From Patescibacteria group bacterium (lineage in GTDB: Bacteria > Patescibacteriota > UBA1384 > XYA2-FULL-43-10 > 1-14-0-10-43-13): a stretch of DNA of 64,000 bases. Each line of letters starts with the position of its first letter. The first letter of the stretch is position 1. The position numbers and the translations under genes are program-made. Where the stretch lies: positions 479,234 to 543,233 of the forward strand of contig JBAZBD010000001.1 in assembly GCA_041671645.1 (NCBI GenBank), written 5' to 3'. Of this stretch, positions 58,353-64,000 are shown one piece after another. Below the pieces are notes generated by a model. That model saw nothing but the letters and a program-made list of their open reading frames with translations. It did no database searches and was not told the DNA's origin.

Positions 58353-59478
58353 CAATCAATTTGGGCGTTTCCGTTGTTTCAATTTTGTGGCTTTTGATTT
58401 TGTCTACCACTGACGTGAGCTGACGATTCCGCGTATTAGCAACTAATTCGTACTGCTTGCTGGCTGAGCTAATTCGGTCCCCGACCTTGTCGAATTCCTC
58501 GGTAAACTTCTGGTATTCTGTGTCAAATCTCTGTATCAATCCGATGATATGCTGGAGGTTCTCCTGATAACGGAAATTGGTATAAGCTTGCTTGACCATC
58601 CGAAGAATCGCCGTGAAGCTAAATGGGCCGGCCAAGACGACTTTCTTTCGCATTGAATCTTCCCAGACATCGTTCATCTGCTCGTAAATGTATGAAAATA
58701 TCATTTCATTCGGGATGAATAAGATTACGAAATCGACAGTCTTCTCTTCTGGATTAATGTATTCTCGGGTACAAACCTGCTTGATCTTCTCCTTGACGTC
58801 ATCCTTGAACTTCTTGAACCAGGCCTTCTTTTCCTGATCATTTTCGGCTTCCAGGGTTTTGACGAGCGACGAGTAAGGGAACTTAACATCGATATTAATC
58901 TTGGTCTGGTCGGGGAGCAGAATAGTAAAGTCAGGCCGAGTGCTTTGGGTTTGCTGTGCCTCGTTCTTGATATAAGTTTGACCGATTACAAATCCTGCCA
59001 TCTTGAGTAGATCCTCGGCAACTTGCTCGCCAAAGGCACCGCGAAGCTGATTGTTGGAGAGCAAACTTTTTAGCTTCTCAGTGCTCATCTTCAGGTCTTT
59101 GGTAATCTCCTGTTGGCTTTTGAGCTCGCTCGAGAGAGTTGAGAACGATTTGATTCTGTCTTCGTCGCTCTTGCTCAAGCGCTCTTCGTTCTTGTGGATA
59201 TCTCGGCGAATTTCGTTGATCAATTCAGAAATGGCTGATTTCTTGCCATCCAGGTCCACCTTAATTTCGTTTTTCTGGGCCTGCAGGATTTCCTTGGCAT
59301 ACTGGATGAATTGTTCGGAGTTATTTCTCAATGCATCGGTGGAGAGTTTGGATATTTTCGATTCGAGATCCCCTGTGCCTGAGCCGCTAGCCAGGAATCT
59401 TTTCAATAGGAAAAAAGTGAGCAGACTACTGCCAAGAAAAGCGATCGCTATTACGATGATTAGACTAAGTGTGTTCAT
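58342..59478 (-). CDS. rmuC: DNA recombination protein RmuC
   Basis: N-terminal TM + coiled coil, RGAFGE, RPD, IDVKFP, DFVILFIPNE. Confidence 0.9.
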   Translation of the reverse strand: MNTLSLIIVIAIAFLGSSLLTFFLLKRFLASGSGTGDLESKISKLSTDALRNNSEQFIQYAKEILQAQKNEIKVDLDGKKSAISELINEIRRDIHKNEERLSKSDEDRIKSFSTLSSELKSQQEITKDLKMSTEKLKSLLSNNQLRGAFGEQVAEDLLKMAGFVIGQTYIKNEAQQTQSTRPDFTILLPDQTKINIDVKFPYSSLVKTLEAENDQEKKAWFKKFKDDVKEKIKQVCTREYINPEEKTVDFVILFIPNEMIFSYIYEQMNDVWEDSMRKKVVLAGPFSFTAILRMVKQAYTNFRYQENLQHIIGLIQRFDTEYQKFTEEFDKVGDRISSASKQYELVANTRNRQLTSVVDKIKSHKIETTETPKLIDEI

Positions 59479-59559
59479 CCTATCCCCTCAATAAATACTT
59501 TAGATCATTATACCAAAAATATTAGGCGAACAAAAGCCAAACATTTAGTTGCGGATTAC

Positions 59560-59838
59560 TTAGGCTTTGAAGCCGATTGTTCTGTCTGGCTCTACTGATT
59601 CTGTAATCTTGCCAAAGCTTTTTTCATAGAGCGTTAGGTTCTCCTCTATCGCCTTTGCGATTCTCTTCATGTGGCCAGGGCTTGTGATAATTCTGGAGAC
59701 TAGGCTTCCCTGTGGCGGCATTATGTTGAGAAAATCCAGTACAAATTCTTCTCCGGTGTGCTGAACAATCAAATTGTTAGAGTAGCTCCCCTTCACGCTC
59801 TGGTCATTAAATTTAATATTGATTTGTTGCTCTGTCAT
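59560..59838 (-). CDS. DUF3467 family protein
   Basis: GSYSN, EEFVLDF, SRIITSPGHMKR, YEKSFGKI. Confidence 0.85.
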   Translation of the reverse strand: MTEQQINIKFNDQSVKGSYSNNLIVQHTGEEFVLDFLNIMPPQGSLVSRIITSPGHMKRIAKAIEENLTLYEKSFGKITESVEPDRTIGFKA

Positions 59839-59856
59839 ATATTTCCTATGGTTAAA

Positions 59857-62736
59857 TTATTTTTTACTATCTGGGCAGATATCGGAATATGGGCACATTT
59901 TACATTGGAACATATCGGGCTTTGCCTTCAAGTCTTGCTTTCGCAAGCCCTCTGCTACGGCCATTATCATCTCCTTCGTCTCCTCAAGGTCTTTCTCGGT
60001 GTAAGTGATTTCTCCCCTCAAGCCCGACTCGATAAACAGTAGGGTCGTCTTGGGAATAACACTATACTTTTCATACCACGCCAGAGCGTAAATTTTCATC
60101 TGAGTAGAATCCTTGATTCTCCGATCGGCATCTTTTTGCTCACGGACATCGGACGTTTTGAAGTCCCTAATCTCAGCGCTCTCCCCTACTCCGCATATCA
60201 GATCATACCGGCCGTTCACCTTGACTTTATTCTCAGAAAATTCGAATACTTCCTCAACTTTTGTCGGGTTTGTGGGATTATCAGAGTCATCGTTATAAAA
60301 TCTAGTTAAAGTCATAAGTCCCTGCTTGTAACGCAGCTCTTCCTGATCTCTGGTGATAAATCCGATATTCTTGAATGCCGTTTCGTAATCCGCTAGTAAC
60401 TGTTCAAGAGTTGGGATTTCACCATTAATTTTTCGATTGAAATAGTGATCTAGCGCGGCGTGAATTGCTGTCCCGTACATCAAGAATTGATTCTCTAGGA
60501 GCGGTATTTTCACTACATGGGCAAAGTAAAATTTCCTGGGGCAAGAATAGTAATCATCGATTTGCTGACGAGAAAGTCGGAGTGTCTCGTCGGTGAATTT
60601 ATTCGGTAATTTCGCAGGCTTTTGAACCAGCTTCTTGAAGCGTTCTATCTTCTGCATTGGGTCTAGCTTGTGTTTTAGTTTGAGCGAATCTGCCTCCCCG
60701 ATGAGCTCCATTACAAACTGGGAAAGCTTCTTGCTTCTCTTGCCGCCGTAGTCTTCGGCCGCGGTCAGAAATAGATTTGTCTTGGCCCGGGTTGCCGCAA
60801 CATAAAATAGTCGGCGTTCTTCCTGCAAATGAAAATCCCCTTCTGGCAATCGTTCTTTGATCAGTTTGTCTGGGATGGGCAGAGGGTCTCTTCGCTGTCT
60901 GCCCGGGAATCTATCGGCTACACAATTGGCAATGAATACTACGGGCCACTCTAGGCCTTTCGAAGCGTGAGCGGTTAGGATATTGACCGCATCGATGTCT
61001 CTGTCTATGTCAGAGGAAATCACCTCATCTCCTACTTCAAGGATCAGCTCTAAGTTATTCAAAAAGGCGTGGACTCCCCTATCCTCACTCCCGTGATTGA
61101 ATTGGGCGATTCGATCAAAAAATTTGGCAATATTATGAATTTTGATCTCGTTTTCGGTGTTATTTGTTTCGATCAATTTCTTCAAATATTTCTTGGCTTT
61201 GAGATAATCGTAGAGAAGCTCTCCACATGGCTCTGCTTTTCTCTCAGAATATTCCTTAACATCCTGGACTAAGCTTTCGATTTTTAGCTTGTCTTTCTCA
61301 CCTATTGTCGCCAGATCGATCGTATCGATTATAGCTCGGTTTCTGCGTTTCGACTCAGTATAATACTCCGAGAGGGCATCGTGGGATACTCCATACAATT
61401 CGCTTGTCGCAAGTTGGTACAGAGCTAGAGAGTCGTCCGTATAGACGATAGATTTTAGGAACGCGACCAACATTTTGATCTCCGGTTGAGCGAACAGCCC
61501 CGATGACCCAGAGAAGATATATGGGATTCCGGCAATATTAAATGATTGCAGAAATGGCTCAGCCTGATTGTTGGCACGGACCAGCAGAGCGAAATCATTG
61601 TATTTGTAGCCCTTTCCTTCTTTCAATTCTTTGATTCCTTCCGCGACCTTGTCTGCTTCACATGAGAGATTGTCGCAAAATAATAGTTCTGGAGTGACTC
61701 CGTGTTTTGTTGAAACTAGACGCTTGTTGATCTTGTTCTGTATCTCAAGACGGTCTGGATTGTTGTTTTGTATGAGTCGGTATGACGAATCCAGAATTTC
61801 TTGTGTAGAGCGGTAGTTTTCATTCAATACAACTTGTTTGGCCTTGGGATAGGTCTTGTTGAAATCCAGAATATTAGAGATAGAGGCGCCACGAAAACGA
61901 TAAATAGACTGGTCGTCATCCCCTACCACAGTAATATTATCGGAGCCAGACGAGAGTAATTTGACGATCTCGTTTTGAGCAAAGTTGGTATCCTGATATT
62001 CGTCGACTAGGACATATTTGAAGCGCTTGTGGCACTCCCCCAACACTTTCTTGTTCTCCTTTAGCAGTTTGTAGGTCAGATATAGTTGGTCTCCAAAGTC
62101 GAGATTTCCGGATTGAATCATCAAATCCTGATATCTTGCGTAGGCGTTCGCCAATTCCAGCGTTTTTTCATTCTCGATAGGGTCATCATTTGTTTGCAAA
62201 CTTGCGAAAGCTAAATACTGTTCTGGTGAAATTAGTTCGTCCTTTAGCCTGGAGAAATGATTCAAAAGCGCTGAAATATGGGTCAAGGGACTTGCGATTG
62301 GGCGAAAATGTACGAGATCGAAGGCATAGATATTTTGTCTCATGAAGATGGCTTGTTCCGTAGCGGTAAGAACCTTGAAATTTGCTGGGAGGCCCAGGTC
62401 GAGCGAATGATCTCGGAGCAATCTGTCGCCAAAAGCGTGAAAAGTAGAGATCCACATGTCGGTGTAGCCGTATGGGACGAGCATATCGACCCGCTCTTCC
62501 ATCTCCGAGGCAGCCTTTTCGGTAAAGGTCAGAGCTAGTATTTCTGAAGGTTTGGCTAGCTTTTGCTCGATCAGGTAAGCAATCCGACGAGTGATGACAG
62601 TTGTCTTGCCTGTACCGGCACCAGCGATGATCAAAAGCGGGCCATCGCGATGCGTGACAGCATCTTTCTGTGCAGTGTTGAGCCCAGTTAATATTTTCTC
62701 GGATGAGTCCTTTGTTGTAAAAAGGTCTTGTTGCAT
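59857..62736 (-). CDS. UvrD/PcrA-like helicase fused to C-terminal PD-(D/E)XK nuclease with Cys cluster (AdnAB/AddA-like)
   Basis: AGAGTGKT, VDEYQD, GDDDQSIYRFRGA, HASKGLE, EERRLFYVAATRA; GRYD..DFKT, CxxCP...C. Confidence 0.9.
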   Translation of the reverse strand: MQQDLFTTKDSSEKILTGLNTAQKDAVTHRDGPLLIIAGAGTGKTTVITRRIAYLIEQKLAKPSEILALTFTEKAASEMEERVDMLVPYGYTDMWISTFHAFGDRLLRDHSLDLGLPANFKVLTATEQAIFMRQNIYAFDLVHFRPIASPLTHISALLNHFSRLKDELISPEQYLAFASLQTNDDPIENEKTLELANAYARYQDLMIQSGNLDFGDQLYLTYKLLKENKKVLGECHKRFKYVLVDEYQDTNFAQNEIVKLLSSGSDNITVVGDDDQSIYRFRGASISNILDFNKTYPKAKQVVLNENYRSTQEILDSSYRLIQNNNPDRLEIQNKINKRLVSTKHGVTPELLFCDNLSCEADKVAEGIKELKEGKGYKYNDFALLVRANNQAEPFLQSFNIAGIPYIFSGSSGLFAQPEIKMLVAFLKSIVYTDDSLALYQLATSELYGVSHDALSEYYTESKRRNRAIIDTIDLATIGEKDKLKIESLVQDVKEYSERKAEPCGELLYDYLKAKKYLKKLIETNNTENEIKIHNIAKFFDRIAQFNHGSEDRGVHAFLNNLELILEVGDEVISSDIDRDIDAVNILTAHASKGLEWPVVFIANCVADRFPGRQRRDPLPIPDKLIKERLPEGDFHLQEERRLFYVAATRAKTNLFLTAAEDYGGKRSKKLSQFVMELIGEADSLKLKHKLDPMQKIERFKKLVQKPAKLPNKFTDETLRLSRQQIDDYYSCPRKFYFAHVVKIPLLENQFLMYGTAIHAALDHYFNRKINGEIPTLEQLLADYETAFKNIGFITRDQEELRYKQGLMTLTRFYNDDSDNPTNPTKVEEVFEFSENKVKVNGRYDLICGVGESAEIRDFKTSDVREQKDADRRIKDSTQMKIYALAWYEKYSVIPKTTLLFIESGLRGEITYTEKDLEETKEMIMAVAEGLRKQDLKAKPDMFQCKMCPYSDICPDSKK

Positions 62737-62767
62737 GACTGCATTATAACAAAGTGCGTGGGTATAT

Positions 62768-62790
62768 CAAAAAAAGACCCTTGCGGGTCG
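62768..62790 (-). terminator. Intrinsic terminator after the small-ORF chain
   Basis: On -: GACCC-GCAA-GGGTC-TTTTTTT. Confidence 0.7.
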
Positions 62791-62914
62791 ATAAGATTGT
62801 CCTGTAGGTGCCCGAGCTTACCGGGCACCTACCTGTATGGAGCTGGTCACTACCCCAGCGGTACTAGTGATTGGTGGCGCTCACAGCGCCGGTTCCCGTC
62901 CGTGTGTCGGACAA

Positions 62915-63061
62915 TCAACCGGATACTATGCTCGCCATTTGCCGTTGCGCTTCTTCAATACCGGATACCATCTTTTTCGCCGCTTCAAATTCCGCCGTCT
63001 TCAGGAAACTGTCCTGTAAACCGACGTCTGAAGCAAAGTCAAATCTCAATTTTCTTAGCAC
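62915..63061 (-). CDS. Small ORF D, 48 aa
   Basis: AAGGAG 7 nt before GTG; MLRKLRFDFASDVGLQDSFLKTAEFEAAKKMVSGIEEAQRQMASIVSG. Confidence 0.45.
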   Translation of the reverse strand: MLRKLRFDFASDVGLQDSFLKTAEFEAAKKMVSGIEEAQRQMASIVSG

Positions 63062-63147
63062 AGTTGTGCTCCTTTTGGCCCAACCGGGCCGTTTTGATTT
63101 TCGCCTGCATAATGAGGCATGCGAGCCTCGGGTTTAATCCTCTGCAT
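63055..63147 (-). CDS. Small ORF C, 30 aa
   Basis: AGGAG overlapping the ORF B stop; MQRIKPEARMPHYAGENQNGPVGPKGAQLC. Confidence 0.3.
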   Translation of the reverse strand: MQRIKPEARMPHYAGENQNGPVGPKGAQLC

Positions 63148-63160
63148 TGGTATCGGTCTC

Positions 63161-63238
63161 CTACCGCAAATCGACCAAAGTGATGCAACGGATAAATATC
63201 CGCTCCCAGAGAGCAGTCTTCGGGATATCAACCCTCAT
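63161..63238 (-). CDS. Small ORF B, 25 aa
   Basis: ATGA overlap with the ORF A stop; MRVDIPKTALWERIFIRCITLVDLR. Confidence 0.3.
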   Translation of the reverse strand: MRVDIPKTALWERIFIRCITLVDLR

Positions 63239-63408
63239 GCTACCTGGAATAGGTGGCTTGGGATCTTAAAATCCCAGCGTGGTACACTGTACCAAAATTT
63301 TCTCTGGTATGCGATCATCTCTGCAGTAGCATTTGCAATGAAACTTGTTAGTCCCAAAATTGCAGACAATATTGTTGCGATCCAGAGCAAAACTCTTAGT
63401 AGATACAT
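63235..63408 (-). CDS. Small ORF A, 57 aa, N-terminal TM/signal
   Basis: TAGACA-17-TATGAT promoter, GAAGGAGAG RBS; MYLLRVLLWIATILSAILGLTSFIANATAE... Confidence 0.5.
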   Translation of the reverse strand: MYLLRVLLWIATILSAILGLTSFIANATAEMIAYQRKFWYSVPRWDFKIPSHLFQVA

Positions 63409-63525
63409 ATCTACCTACTCTCCTTCACCAAACGATAAACGTTCGCTTGATTAAATGATCATACAAAATTTGTGTTGGCCTGTCTAGAGAATTTGTCCAC
63501 AGAAATGATTAATTAAATTTGCCAC

Positions 63526-63645
63526 AAAAAAACCGCCCCGATATTGGATCGAGACGGTTAATTCTTTAGTGCCCCTTACCCATTTTTTTGAAAGGGTGAG
63601 GGGTCATCAAAGAACTTTGAAGTTGCTCAAATTGAGCGTTTCAAC
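63526..63645 (-). ncRNA. Candidate ~120-nt sRNA with own promoter and terminator
   Basis: TTGACT-18-TATAAT (63681-63652), two hairpins, terminator AACCGTCTCGAT/ATCGGGGCGGTT followed by a T tract. Confidence 0.55.
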
Positions 63646-63690
63646 AGCTCAATTATAACATATCTGTGCTCAATAAGTCAATAGGTATGG

Positions 63691-64000
63691 TTATTTCAAC
63701 AAATCGTTCAATTTGGATTCGATTTCCTCAATCGGTCTCATCCCAACCATAGTCTCGACCAATTTGCCGTCGTTGAATAATATCAATGTTGGTACGCTCA
63801 TGACATCGTAATTGATGGCTACCTCTTTGAGTTCATCAATATCAACTTTGACTATTTCGACCTTGTCGATGTTTTTGTACGTCTTTGCAAAGTCGTCTAG
63901 AATCATGCCCATCATTTGGCATGGGCCGCACCAAGTGGCAAAAAAATCGACCAGAACTGGCTTTTTCACATCAATATTCTTCTTGAACTCTTCTTCCGTA
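63691..64000 (-). CDS. trxA: Thioredoxin, 5' end outside the window
   Basis: VDFFATWCGPCQ, VMSVPTL; frame stays open to the window edge (TEEEFKKNID...). Confidence 0.93.
   Translation of the reverse strand, partial: TEEEFKKNIDVKKPVLVDFFATWCGPCQMMGMILDDFAKTYKNIDKVEIVKVDIDELKEVAINYDVMSVPTLILFNDGKLVETMVGMRPIEEIESKLNDLLK

Overview
Chromosomal window from a small-genome bacterium, very likely Patescibacteria/CPR. This is inferred from the gene content: type IV pilin cluster, DUF5663-like protein, two CPR-type VirD4-like ATPases, sigma4-wHTH protein, Memo-CapA fusion and a truncated Mfd. Main-track genes lie on + up to 52477 and on - from 53055. At that convergence sits a 28-bp, nearly symmetric dif-like site (52736-52763), so the window probably spans the replication terminus. 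Housekeeping genes include ileS, rodA, rplU-secE-nusG-rplK, mfd, dprA, topA, recR, cysS, dusB, prfB, pth, rplA-rplJ-rplL, tgt, secDF, rluD-like, rmuC, a UvrD-nuclease fusion and trxA. Accessory loci are a four-gene secreted/DUF11-LPXTG operon and a DUF5663 + 1728-aa giant protein + coupling-ATPase locus. The strongest unexplained signal is non-coding: two tandem homologous RNA units at 36.6-37.1 kb. Each has a perfect sigma70 promoter and a long covarying hairpin presenting an identical anti-Shine-Dalgarno-like loop, ACCCCCUCC. Other candidates are structured RNAs at 22.2 kb and 63.6 kb, a chain of four small ORFs at 62.9-63.4 kb, and palindromic or heptamer repeats inserted in frame into housekeeping genes. 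All calls come from reading the sequence by eye; no database searches were run.
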